Source of the DNA: Ignavibacteriota bacterium
GTDB taxonomy: Bacteria > Bacteroidota > Ignavibacteria > UBA10030
DNA length: 64,000 nt
Reading direction: 5' to 3'
NCBI GenBank assembly: GCA_963727825.1
Contig: CAVSHO010000008.1
Location: forward strand, 32,001-96,000
Shown: positions 30,923 through 40,100 of the stretch, piece by piece
Layout of the letters: each line of letters opens with the position of its first letter
Position numbering within the stretch: the first letter of the stretch is position 1
The notes under the pieces: generated by a model
What the model was told of the DNA's origin: nothing
Database searches by the model: none
Seen by the model: only the letters and a program-made list of their open reading frames with translations
Position numbers and translations under genes: made by a program

Positions 30923-30955
30923 CCCGAAGGGATGTCCGAAAGGACTCCTTCGGAG
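30923..30955. repeat. Short GC-rich palindrome with GAAA loop in an intergenic spacer
   Basis: ccgaagggatgtcc-gaaa-ggactccttcgg. Confidence 0.55.
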
Positions 30956-30985
30956 GATTCCCAGAATGCGATAAAGTAGAGCCAA

Positions 30986-31441
30986 TCATTTTTCTATTGG
31001 CAGTTTAGCAGAATTCCATTCTTGCCAGCCGCCGAAAAAAACTTTTACGTTCGTGAATCCCGACTCCATCAGCTTCACCGCCAATTCGATGCTGGAGTTA
31101 CATTCGGAGCCGTCGCAATAAACAATCAGTAATTTGTCCTTTGAAATTTTATTCAACCGTGCAAAATGTGCGTCGAAATTTTTCAAAGCCACATTCACAG
31201 CGCCGCGAATGTGGCCTGCTTGGAAATCGAATTCATGACGTGCATCGATAAAAAGTGCGTTGTTGGATTCGAATAATTCCTTTGCCATCGCAAGCGAAAT
31301 TATTTCTATGTTGGAAGGCGCTGCAGTCTGAAATGATTGAGTCTTAGCGAAAAATCCCTGCTTTGTTATAAATGTATATGCAACACCCAATACAATTGCC
31401 ACAACGATTAGCAAGAGCGCTTCAAGAAGTGATCTACGCAT
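30986..31441 (-). CDS. Membrane-anchored rhodanese-like protein
   Basis: FIDAR..F.AGHIRGAVN, IVYCDGSECNSS, GF.NV..F.GGW.EW motifs. Confidence 0.9.
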   Translation of the reverse strand: MRRSLLEALLLIVVAIVLGVAYTFITKQGFFAKTQSFQTAAPSNIEIISLAMAKELFESNNALFIDARHEFDFQAGHIRGAVNVALKNFDAHFARLNKISKDKLLIVYCDGSECNSSIELAVKLMESGFTNVKVFFGGWQEWNSAKLPIEK

Positions 31442-31443
31442 GG

Positions 31444-32133
31444 CTAATTCTCTTTCACGCACACATAAGACACTCTAATTTCTACATTGGGCTGGTTCTT
31501 GCTATCGGTTTCAATCGTAAAATAGTCGCTGCCATAGCCGACTTTATCTGGTTTGATTGTTATCTGAACGTCAAGCGTATCATTCGGATTGAGCATCTTC
31601 TTCTCTGTCTTTATACTTATAGATGGCGAAGAAGCTATGAAATTTATAATTTTAATTCTGTGGTCCGATATATTTTTTAAAGATGTTCCCTGCGTAACGG
31701 TTTTGTTAAGATCGATGTTCCCGAGCCATATAAACGTGGAATGAGTAATAGACTCAAGTTCTTCTTTTACATCGGCAATTAACCTTACCGAAGAATATTG
31801 TGATAAGGGGTCGTTTGTAACGATGTTAATGTGTTTTTCCACTTTTCCGTGGTATCCACTGGAATTGAATTCTAATTCTGCCACATCGGACTCAAATGGA
31901 AGGAGAATGCTTTTGGGCTGTTTAACAGTGGTACAGCCGCACGAAGGTTGTACTGAGTAGATTCGCAATGTATCGTTACCGGTATTTGTCAGCACAATCT
32001 TACCTTGCTTCTTCATTCCGCTGTAAATAGTGCCGAGGTCTACTTCAGGTTTGTCTAATGAAAGCTTGGGCTGGCTGAATGAAATGCCAAATACACATAA
32101 GGTAATTATGAATAACTGTTTGATTGATCTCAT
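31444..32133 (-). CDS. Exported DUF1573 (Ig-like) domain protein
   Basis: Signal peptide; DLGTI, NTGNDTLRI..V.PSCGCT motif. Confidence 0.88.
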   Translation of the reverse strand: MRSIKQLFIITLCVFGISFSQPKLSLDKPEVDLGTIYSGMKKQGKIVLTNTGNDTLRIYSVQPSCGCTTVKQPKSILLPFESDVAELEFNSSGYHGKVEKHINIVTNDPLSQYSSVRLIADVKEELESITHSTFIWLGNIDLNKTVTQGTSLKNISDHRIKIINFIASSPSISIKTEKKMLNPNDTLDVQITIKPDKVGYGSDYFTIETDSKNQPNVEIRVSYVCVKEN

Positions 32134-32199
32134 AGAATTATCTCTTGTATATAAACATACAAATTGTATTGATTACTATTCTTTACTAATTCTTAATTA

Positions 32200-32393
32200 A
32201 TGTTACGCAAAGCCATCTTTTATTCTGATAAACATGGAATATAAAAGTACACCACCGGTAGGCAGGCCTTTATCCCCTCCTCATTTGAGGAGGGGATATC
32301 CCGACACGATCCAAAATCGGGTCGGGATAGGGAGGTGGACAATCATATAAAGAACTATAAATCCTTTAATAAAAAATTATGAGTGCGTAACAT
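32200..32393. mobile_element. MITE-like element, copy 2
   Basis: Perfect 10-bp terminal inverted repeat ATGTTACGCA..TGCGTAACAT; body matches copy 1. Confidence 0.7.
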
Positions 32394-32407
32394 CAAATCT
32401 TGATTCA

Positions 32408-33304
32408 CTATTTTCGGGTAATTGCCATTTGTTTTAAAAGTGGAGCCACTCGGTAACGCTCCTCCTGCAAATCGGAATGAAGCGCCGTAAGCACGGCATA
32501 CACTTGCTTCCATCCAATTTGTTCCGCCCATTCGAAAGGGCCAAGCGGGAAATTGACGCCGAGTTTCAAAGCCGTGTCAATATCTTGCGGCGTTGCAATA
32601 TTCTCGATTATGGCAAAGGCAGCTTCATTGATTATGCGACATAGCATACGCGGTAGTACCATACCAATTCGATCCTGCACAATCTCAATTTCCTTCTCGA
32701 TCGATTGGAAAAAACGTTTTGTAACTTCCAATGTTTCTTTTGGCGAGTAAATTGTCGGTGCAACCTCAACCAGCGATTTTTGAATAAGCGCTGGAAGTGC
32801 AGCGATACCTACAAGACGGTGTTTGCCAGATATCCATGAAGATTGTTCTGTTGCAGTTATTGTGACAGATGAAGTAAGAATCGCCGCAGTTATCGCTAAT
32901 GTTTTATCTAACCGTTCAATATTCTTTTTCTTTGCAGGAAGATCGATGTTGGTCAATTCTATTGCAAGTGATGTGTTTGCTGGAATGACATTGGTAATTT
33001 TTATATGATCTGATTTGAATTCCGGTTTCTGTACAGGCCTTTCATTCCATGAAATATAGACATCATATCCGTGCGCAATACATAACTCGGCATATTGTTC
33101 CACCATTGGCGATTCGCCGGTGATAAAGATACATGCTGGAATTTTCTTTTTGCTCTCGTTTGTTTGAACAAATTTATTCGCTTTCGTAGATTCAATTGCA
33201 GTAGAAGGTATTGCATTTTTTGGTTTTACCTTCTTTATGGATTTATTATTTAACTTTATATTTTTTTTCTGAGTTGTTTTCAATTCTAATACTCCACTAC
33301 TCAA
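32408..33304 (-). CDS. 3-hydroxyacyl-CoA dehydrogenase family protein, degenerate (like the PaaH C-terminal half)
   Basis: IINEAAF..ATPQDIDTALKLGVNFPLGPFEW; no GxGxxG and no catalytic His; start codon uncertain. Confidence 0.8.
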   Translation of the reverse strand: MSSGVLELKTTQKKNIKLNNKSIKKVKPKNAIPSTAIESTKANKFVQTNESKKKIPACIFITGESPMVEQYAELCIAHGYDVYISWNERPVQKPEFKSDHIKITNVIPANTSLAIELTNIDLPAKKKNIERLDKTLAITAAILTSSVTITATEQSSWISGKHRLVGIAALPALIQKSLVEVAPTIYSPKETLEVTKRFFQSIEKEIEIVQDRIGMVLPRMLCRIINEAAFAIIENIATPQDIDTALKLGVNFPLGPFEWAEQIGWKQVYAVLTALHSDLQEERYRVAPLLKQMAITRK

Positions 33305-33328
33305 TGACTAATTCGCTTAATGACTCAA

Positions 33329-34195
33329 CTACTTGCCATTCGTTTCTTCATAATTAAAAAATCCTTTGTTTGTTTTCTTCCCCAGCCATCCCGATTCCAC
33401 CATTTGTTTCAAAATCGTATGCGGGCGAAGGCGAGGTTCACCATACGATTGCTCATACAAGGATTGCGCTTCAGATAGTGCTACATCGATACCCATTTGA
33501 TCCATCAATTCGAATGGTCCTGTAGGAAAGCCAGCAATTATTTTCATTATGCGGTCGATCTGGTCAGCATTTGCTACATTCTCTCCAAGCAAGCGGAGTG
33601 CTTCGCCGAACAATGGTTGTGACACGCGGTTGGCTATGAACCCCGGAGTATCTTTTACAATGATAGGAGTTTTACCAACCAGATTAACAAATGCAATGAC
33701 CTGCTCGGTGGTTTCGTTATTAGTTTTATATCCCATTACAACTTCAACAAGTGTGGATGTTTCGATAGGATTGAAGAAGTGCACACCTGCAATGCGTTCG
33801 GGATTTCGAGTATCAGCACCAATGGAAGTGATAGAAAGGGAAGATGTAGTACTTGCAAGAATCGTTGTGCTCTTCGTGCTTGCGTCTAGATGTTTGAAAA
33901 TATCCTTCTTCACACGAACATCTTCTATCACCGATTCGATAATGAAATCGCAATTACCAAGGTCAGGCAAACTTGTTCGCGTGCGGATTCGTTCCATCGC
34001 AGCCTGTAATTCTTCCGTAGATAACTTGCCGAGATTCACCATTTTACGCAAGTTCGCATTGATGCGTACAGTTGATCGACGTAAGAGTGTGTCGTTCACA
34101 TCAAATAATTGAACATTAATTTTAGAAAGCACAGCAAGCTGAGCGATTCCTGTACCCATAGTTCCTGTGCCGACAATACCGAGATGTTTGAACAT
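33329..34195 (-). CDS. 3-hydroxyacyl/3-hydroxybutyryl-CoA dehydrogenase
   Basis: GTGTMGTGIA, IESVIED, GVHFFNP..LVEV, DTPGFIANR, GPFELMD..G.D motifs. Confidence 0.92.
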   Translation of the reverse strand: MFKHLGIVGTGTMGTGIAQLAVLSKINVQLFDVNDTLLRRSTVRINANLRKMVNLGKLSTEELQAAMERIRTRTSLPDLGNCDFIIESVIEDVRVKKDIFKHLDASTKSTTILASTTSSLSITSIGADTRNPERIAGVHFFNPIETSTLVEVVMGYKTNNETTEQVIAFVNLVGKTPIIVKDTPGFIANRVSQPLFGEALRLLGENVANADQIDRIMKIIAGFPTGPFELMDQMGIDVALSEAQSLYEQSYGEPRLRPHTILKQMVESGWLGKKTNKGFFNYEETNGK

Positions 34196-34444
34196 GTCTA
34201 TAAGTTCCTTGTTATTATTAAAACTTACTCAATGTATGCTGAAAAAACAACCGTTGAAAAATGTTTATTAGATTTTGTTCAGCGGATTTTGAAGATACAG
34301 ATGGGGCATATTTTAATAGACGGATTTTATCTGATTGACATGGTTAATGCAATTCTCTTTGCTTTTCATTATTTTTAATCCAACTGGTCAACACCCACTT
34401 CAATTAAATCCAAGAAAATATGCGAGAATGCTAATACATATAAA

Positions 34445-36346
34445 ATGACGAAGAAGCTTGCTATAATATTCTGGAATGAGAACATCATCAGTTTTTTATT
34501 GAGGACCGTTTCGTTTTATATGTACATGACAACGATGTGCCATTCCGTAGGATTCACAGATTCTGGTGAACTATCGACTGTGATTTGTACACTTGGGATC
34601 GCACACCCCACAGGATATCCGCTTTTTACCTTACTGGGACGTTGCTGGATTATGATTCCTTCCACTATGGAAGAGATTCTTAGATTGAATATTTTTACAG
34701 CTTTATTTACGGCTATTGCCGTTGGAATATTTTTCAAAACAATGCTTGCGATTCGGCGCGCGACGAATGTATTTCAGACAAGAAACAGAAAACGAAAAGA
34801 CGAAAATGAACATCGTTTTATTCTTGCATCAATTGTTGCAAGTCTAATAATCGGGTTCTCGACAACATTCTGGTCTCAATCAACTGCTATCGAAGTATAT
34901 GCGCTTCACCTTGTCATGGTTCTTCTAACGATATGGATGTTTATCGAAGGTTTGGAAGAACAACTCATGGAACCACGTTACATCTCACGTAAGTTAATTC
35001 TTTTTGCATTCATTTTGGGATTGAGCTTCTCGAATCATATGACGACGATTTTATTGGCGCCAGGATTTTTGTGGTTGTACTTTCGCGCTTTCGGATTCAA
35101 CCGAGAATCATTTTTCCGAATTTTCAAAATTGCATCATATTTTCTCCTTGGTCTCTCAGTCTATTTATATTTGGTTATTCGTTCATCAGGTTTTCCGATT
35201 CTTGATTGGGGGCATCCAGCAACAATTGAAAGGTTCTTTTGGCATGTAAGCGGCAAGCAATTTCATGTGTGGATGTTTTCCGGCTGGAGTGTAGTGCAGA
35301 AGCAATTGAATTATTACATAAGCAACTTCACATCAGAATTTAATTTTGTTGTTCTCGTATGTGTTATCTTAGGTGTGTTTGCAGTATTTAAACAATCGCG
35401 CCGGCTTTTTTTGTTTCTTGCATTATTGTTTGGCGCGACAATTATATTCGCTGTTAATTATGACATTTTTGATATTGATTCGTATTTCCTGCTTTCCTAT
35501 ATCGTCATTGGCTTTATTGTTGCTTATGGAGTTGATTTTATTATTGAGCGGATAGACAACAGTCCAACTTTGGTAAAAATAATTATTGCAGTCATTATTT
35601 GTGCCCTCCCAATTTCACAGGTTGTGTATAACTGGGAAAGAGTTGATGAAACAGGGAATAAAATCCCGCAGCAATTTGTCGAGAAAGCATTTTCTGATTT
35701 TGAGCCAAATGCAATTGTGTTGGCTACGCAATATGATTATTTTATTTCGCCGTCACTGTATTATCAATTCATCCGGCATAAACGTTGTGATGTAACCGTT
35801 GTTGATAAAAGTTTGCTTCAGAATCGTTCTTGGTATTTCCTTCAGCTTGAACACAATGCTCCATGGTTGATGGAACGGATTCGTCCTAGTGCAAATCTTT
35901 TCTTAATAGAGTTGAATAAATTTGAACATGATTTGCCGTTTAATTTTTCTATCATTCAATTGCAATGGCAGAACTTATTATCAGAGATTGTGGAACAATC
36001 GCTACCTCAACACCCAGTATATATTGATGCGCGAATAGATCAGGAGTTCTCCCCGGAATACCGGCGCATACCTGCTGGTCTATTTTTACGCCTTACAAAG
36101 AAAGAAGATACTACTTATTATCGGCCTGCTTATATTCCTTTCGTATTACAGAAAACCGATATGGCGGTTTTCCAGGATTTCAAACGATATTATTGTACTA
36201 TGCTAATATACGATGCTTATTGGCTTGCAAAAGAAGGGGAAAAAGATGGTGCGGAAAAGGTTTTGGCAGAAGTCCTTCGCCTTGAGCCGGGCCAATTTGA
36301 AGCAAAATGGTTGCTAAGTAAATATGGAAAGAATAATAATTTTTAA
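34445..36346 (+). CDS. DUF2723 / TMEM260-like membrane glycosyltransferase
   Basis: DSGEL..LGIAHPTGYPLFTLLG, FWSQ..IEVY, SNH, YLYL.IR and DWG.P motifs; multi-TM. Confidence 0.82.
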   Translation: MTKKLAIIFWNENIISFLLRTVSFYMYMTTMCHSVGFTDSGELSTVICTLGIAHPTGYPLFTLLGRCWIMIPSTMEEILRLNIFTALFTAIAVGIFFKTMLAIRRATNVFQTRNRKRKDENEHRFILASIVASLIIGFSTTFWSQSTAIEVYALHLVMVLLTIWMFIEGLEEQLMEPRYISRKLILFAFILGLSFSNHMTTILLAPGFLWLYFRAFGFNRESFFRIFKIASYFLLGLSVYLYLVIRSSGFPILDWGHPATIERFFWHVSGKQFHVWMFSGWSVVQKQLNYYISNFTSEFNFVVLVCVILGVFAVFKQSRRLFLFLALLFGATIIFAVNYDIFDIDSYFLLSYIVIGFIVAYGVDFIIERIDNSPTLVKIIIAVIICALPISQVVYNWERVDETGNKIPQQFVEKAFSDFEPNAIVLATQYDYFISPSLYYQFIRHKRCDVTVVDKSLLQNRSWYFLQLEHNAPWLMERIRPSANLFLIELNKFEHDLPFNFSIIQLQWQNLLSEIVEQSLPQHPVYIDARIDQEFSPEYRRIPAGLFLRLTKKEDTTYYRPAYIPFVLQKTDMAVFQDFKRYYCTMLIYDAYWLAKEGEKDGAEKVLAEVLRLEPGQFEAKWLLSKYGKNNNF

Positions 36347-36355
36347 GTAGTACCG

Positions 36356-36383
36356 TTGACTATTAGCGAAATTTTTCTATATT
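36356..36383 (+). promoter_or_regulatory. Sigma70-type promoter of the tRNA cluster
   Basis: TTGACT-N16-TATATT. Confidence 0.55.
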
Positions 36384-36502
36384 TATAGTTCGGCAATTAA
36401 GTATTCCTGGTGAATCACCAGTATTACGGATGTTCAGGATTATACTGCGGTTGTTGTTTTGAAAAATCGCTGGAGGATAGTTTATGCTTCCAGCGTTAGT
36501 AT

Positions 36503-36575
36503 GCTGGCGTAGCTCAGCTGGTAGAGCAGCTGATTTGTAATCAGCAGGTCATCGGTTCGAGTCCGATAGCCAGCT
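36503..36575 (+). tRNA. tRNA-Thr(TGT)
   Basis: Cloverleaf; ctgat-ttgtaa-tcag anticodon arm; GGTTCGAGTCC; one G7:A66 mismatch. Confidence 0.95.
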
Positions 36576-36641
36576 CGTTTAAACTGGTGAAGACCATATT
36601 TCGCTTCGAGAAACGGAGTCGTTGTATTGAGCAGAGTTGCT

Positions 36642-36724
36642 GGGCAGGTAGCGAAGCGGTCAAACGCATCAGACTGTAAATCTGACGGCTCATGCCTTCG
36701 AAGGTTCGAATCCTCCCCTGCCCA
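36642..36724 (+). tRNA. tRNA-Tyr(GTA)
   Basis: tcaga-ctgtaaa-tctga anticodon arm; long variable arm; GGTTCGAATCC. Confidence 0.95.
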
Positions 36725-36779
36725 CTTTTTTGCGGGATGGAACAAAGAAGTTCTTTGAATAAATTGGAATGGTGAAAAT

Positions 36780-36853
36780 GCGGGAGTAACTCAGTTGGTA
36801 GAGTCACAGCCTTCCAAGCTGTTGGTCGCGGGTTCGAGTCCCCGTCTCCCGCT
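36780..36853 (+). tRNA. tRNA-Gly(TCC)
   Basis: cagc-cttccaa-gctg anticodon arm; one extra C in the T-stem C run. Confidence 0.93.
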
Positions 36854-37008
36854 CAAGGAAAGAAGTTGAGGGGTGAGATAAGGAGATGAGAGAAGACAAC
36901 GAAGCTGTTGGTCGTCCAGATGAAATCGGGAAGTCCCGTCTCCAGATTAAAAATGTTTTATTGTGAGTGTTGTTTTAGAAAAATTACACCGCTCAAAAGA
37001 ATCTGAGC

Positions 37009-37081
<73 letters not shown>

Positions 37082-37158
37082 CGAGCATGTAAGAGTTGGT
37101 CATCCCGCGAAGCGGGATTGCAAGCTCGAATGAGTTAGAAGAAGATGAAGGAACCTAT

Positions 37159-37308
37159 ATGCGAGATATCATTACATTAGAGTGCACAGATTGCAAGCGG
37201 CGTAATTATTCTACAACAAAGAATAAGAAGAAGCAAACGGGAAGGGTTGAGTATAAGAAGTACTGCCCGTGGTGCAAGAAGCGGACACCGCATAAAGAAA
37301 CCAAGTAA
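37159..37308 (+). CDS. rpmG: 50S ribosomal protein L33 (Zn-binding form)
   Basis: [29 protein letters not shown]. Confidence 0.96.
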   Translation: MRDIITLECTDCKRRNYSTTKNKKKQTGRVEYKKYCPWCKKRTPHKETK

Positions 37309-37409
37309 TATTCTTAATTCTGATTTGTACTTAAGTTCCTTTGCACACGAGAGTAATTTTTTCAGTTGGGCAGCGGTGTCACCGCCTGCAAATAGAGCAA
37401 AAAGATGAT

Positions 37410-37482
<73 letters not shown>

Positions 37483-37518
37483 CATGTTCACTCAAAACAA
37501 GAAAGAAGATATTGAGCG

Positions 37519-37702
37519 ATGAAAGATAAAATCATAAACTTTTTTAAAAGACGTCGCGAAGGAAATGGACAAGGTGACTTGGCCGTCGCGTGAAGAACTC
37601 ATGGAATCAACTAAAATCGTTATCCTTGTCACATTGCTTATTTCGGTTTTTACTTATTTAGTGGATCTTGCGGTGCAGGAAATTCTCAAAGTAATTCTTT
37701 AA
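37519..37702 (+). CDS. secE: Preprotein translocase SecE (+1 A in a homopolymer at ~37546-37549, probable error)
   Basis: MKDKIINFFK then, after removing one A, DVAKEMDKVTWPSREEL plus a TM helix; synteny. Confidence 0.9.
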
Positions 37703-37718
37703 TCTCGGGAGATGAACT

Positions 37719-38252
37719 TTGGATAAACGCTGGTATGTATTAAGAACGTATTCTGGACACGAAGCGAAGGTTAAGACATACTTGGAAACCGAGATTGCAC
37801 GCATTGGGTTGCAGGAAAAAATTTCAAACGTGCTGATTCCATCGGAAAAAGTTTTCGAGATTAAGGATGGAAAAAAGAAATCAAGATTGAAGAATTTTTT
37901 TCCGGGATATATTTTAGTAGAAGCTGTTCTTGATAAGGAATCAACACATCTTATTCTTGAAGCACCGTCAGTGATGGGATTTGTACCGGATAAAAACAAT
38001 CCGGCGCCATTGCAGCCGGAAGAAGTGCGCCGCCTGATCGGCAAGATGGAACAAAAGGAAGAGACGCAACTTCTCGATGTCCCATTCCATGTCGGCGAAC
38101 CAGTGAAGGTGACTGAAGGACCTTTTAATAATTTTAACGGATTTGTTCAAGAAGTAAATCCAGAAAAGCTCAAAGTAAAAGTGATGGTGAGTATCTTCGG
38201 ACGCAAGACACCAATTGAGCTTGATTTTTCGCAAGTAGAAATAGAAAAATAA
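37719..38252 (+). CDS. nusG: Transcription termination/antitermination factor NusG
   Basis: WYVLRTYSGHE, FPGYILVE, KOW motif GPFNNF, SIFGR.TP; TTG start. Confidence 0.97.
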   Translation: MDKRWYVLRTYSGHEAKVKTYLETEIARIGLQEKISNVLIPSEKVFEIKDGKKKSRLKNFFPGYILVEAVLDKESTHLILEAPSVMGFVPDKNNPAPLQPEEVRRLIGKMEQKEETQLLDVPFHVGEPVKVTEGPFNNFNGFVQEVNPEKLKVKVMVSIFGRKTPIELDFSQVEIEK

Positions 38253-38294
38253 TTAGTTGTTTTTTTTTAGAATTAAAAATGTAAGGTATTTGGC

Positions 38295-38720
38295 ATGGCA
38301 AAAAAAATAACAGGCTTTATCAAGCTCCAAATCCCCGCCGGTCAGGCAAATCCTGCACCACCGGTCGGCCCCGCTCTCGGTCAAAAGGGCGTGAATATTA
38401 TGGAGTTCTGCAAACAATTCAACGCAAGGACTAAGGATCAACAGGGACTTATTATTCCGGTGGTGATCACGGTCTTCAGCGATAAATCATTCACATTTAT
38501 TACGAAGACACCACCTGCGGCAACATTATTATTGCGAGCCACGAAATTAGAAAAAGGTTCCGGTGAGCCTAACCGCACAAAAGTTGGAAAAGTGACAAAG
38601 AAACAAGTTCGCGAAATCGCGGAATTAAAAATGCCCGATTTGAATGCTGCAAACATAGATTCAGCAATGAGCATGGTTGCCGGCACAGCCCGTAGTATGG
38701 GTATTACGGTCGAAGATTAA
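38295..38720 (+). CDS. rplK: 50S ribosomal protein L11
   Basis: [13 protein letters not shown] motif. Confidence 0.98.
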   Translation: MAKKITGFIKLQIPAGQANPAPPVGPALGQKGVNIMEFCKQFNARTKDQQGLIIPVVITVFSDKSFTFITKTPPAATLLLRATKLEKGSGEPNRTKVGKVTKKQVREIAELKMPDLNAANIDSAMSMVAGTARSMGITVED

Positions 38721-38722
38721 GA

Positions 38723-38748
38723 CTGTTGGAGACGGAGTTCAGACAATG
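38723..38748 (+). promoter_or_regulatory. Putative L1 autogenous operator overlapping the rplA start
   Basis: gtt-GGAG..AGAC-aat internal-loop pattern resembling L1-binding sites. Confidence 0.45.
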
Positions 38749-39447
38749 AAACAACATAGCAAACGATATAAAGCTGTTGCGAAAAAAATTCAACCTAAAA
38801 ACTATACTATTGCTGAGGCAGTAGGGATAGTCAAAGAAACTGCTTCTGCAAAATTTTCTGAAGCGGTCGATATTGCAATTCGACTTGGACTTGATCCAAA
38901 GAAGGCAGACCAAGCACTCCGTGGCACTGTTGCATTGCCGCATGGTATTGGTAAGGAAGTTCGCGTGCTAGTGATTGCCAAATCGCCAAAGGATGAAGAA
39001 GCGAGGGCAGCAGGTGCCGATCACGTCGGATACAAAGATTATTTGGAAAAAATCCAACAAGGTTGGGCAGATGTCGATGTAATTATTGCCTCTCCTGATG
39101 TAATGGGCGATCTTGGAAAGCTTGGAAAAATTCTTGGCCCTCGCGGCTTAATGCCGAATCCTAAAAGTGGTACCGTTACAGCTGACGTCGCGAAAGCGGT
39201 GAAGGAAGTAAAAGCTGGCAAGATTGAGTTTCGTGTCGAGAAGGCGGGAATTGTTCACGCCACAATTGGCAAGGCAAATTTTGAAAAAGAAAAATTAGTT
39301 GAGAATATCAATTCGTTTCTCAGCACCATTATGCGCTTGAAACCAGCAACAGCAAAAGGGACGTATGTTAAAAGCATCGCCATTTCCACAACTATGGGAC
39401 CTGGCGTGCATATCGACCGTGCCGAAGCTGGAGCGCATGCATTATAG
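38746..39447 (+). CDS. rplA: 50S ribosomal protein L1
   Basis: [15 protein letters not shown] and STTMGPG motifs. Confidence 0.98.
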   Translation: MKQHSKRYKAVAKKIQPKNYTIAEAVGIVKETASAKFSEAVDIAIRLGLDPKKADQALRGTVALPHGIGKEVRVLVIAKSPKDEEARAAGADHVGYKDYLEKIQQGWADVDVIIASPDVMGDLGKLGKILGPRGLMPNPKSGTVTADVAKAVKEVKAGKIEFRVEKAGIVHATIGKANFEKEKLVENINSFLSTIMRLKPATAKGTYVKSIAISTTMGPGVHIDRAEAGAHAL

Positions 39448-39461
39448 AAATTACGCACTCA

Positions 39462-39505
39462 CGTTCGCTTACGACGTTGGATGCCTCCGTAAAACAGAGG
39501 GCTTC
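39462..39505 (+). promoter_or_regulatory. Putative L10 leader
   Basis: Position upstream of rplJ; TACGAC..AGAGG flanking a gtt/aac stem (kink-turn-like). Confidence 0.4.
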
Positions 39506-39540
39506 TCATTCAACAAAAGGAACTAACGTAAAGGAAAAAC

Positions 39541-40062
39541 ATGAAACGCAGTGAAAAAGAGGCGATCATCGCCGAAGTTGTAGAGAAAGCTGCGCGTGCT
39601 GTAGCAATGTACTTTGCAGATTTCTCCAAACTAACGGTTGCAGAAGAGACAGAACTACGCCGTGAGTTTCGGAAGTCTAGTATTGAGTACAATGTTGTGA
39701 AAAATACACTCGCACGCAAAGCGCTTGAGCAATTAACCGGTTATGATCATGTATTTGACAAACTCGTTGGACCAACAGGAATCGCGTATTCATACGATGA
39801 TCCCTCGGCGCCAGCGAAAATTATCAAGAAATTTTCCGAGAAGACCGGAAAATTAAAGCTCAAAATCGCCGTTGTCGAAAAGCAAGTCTATGATGCCGCA
39901 AAGCTGGAACAGCTTGCAAGTATGCCAACGCGCAAAGAAATAATTGCCTCCATTCTTGGATGCTTGAATTCCCCTGCTTCAGGTATCGTCGGTGCGATTA
40001 ACGCGGTTGCACGCGACCTCGTCTATGTAATAGATGCTATTGAAAAGAAGAAGGCAGCTTAA
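39541..40062 (+). CDS. rplJ: 50S ribosomal protein L10
   Basis: VVKNTLARKAL and LVGPTGIA motifs; synteny. Confidence 0.97.
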   Translation: MKRSEKEAIIAEVVEKAARAVAMYFADFSKLTVAEETELRREFRKSSIEYNVVKNTLARKALEQLTGYDHVFDKLVGPTGIAYSYDDPSAPAKIIKKFSEKTGKLKLKIAVVEKQVYDAAKLEQLASMPTRKEIIASILGCLNSPASGIVGAINAVARDLVYVIDAIEKKKAA

Positions 40063-40100
40063 TTAGAATTTGAAAAACTATACTTTAAAGGAGAATTACA

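Noticed and set aside
25753-32393. CRISPR array
   Set aside because: The repeats are palindromic, inverted or widely spaced, with no regular repeat-spacer period and no cas genes.
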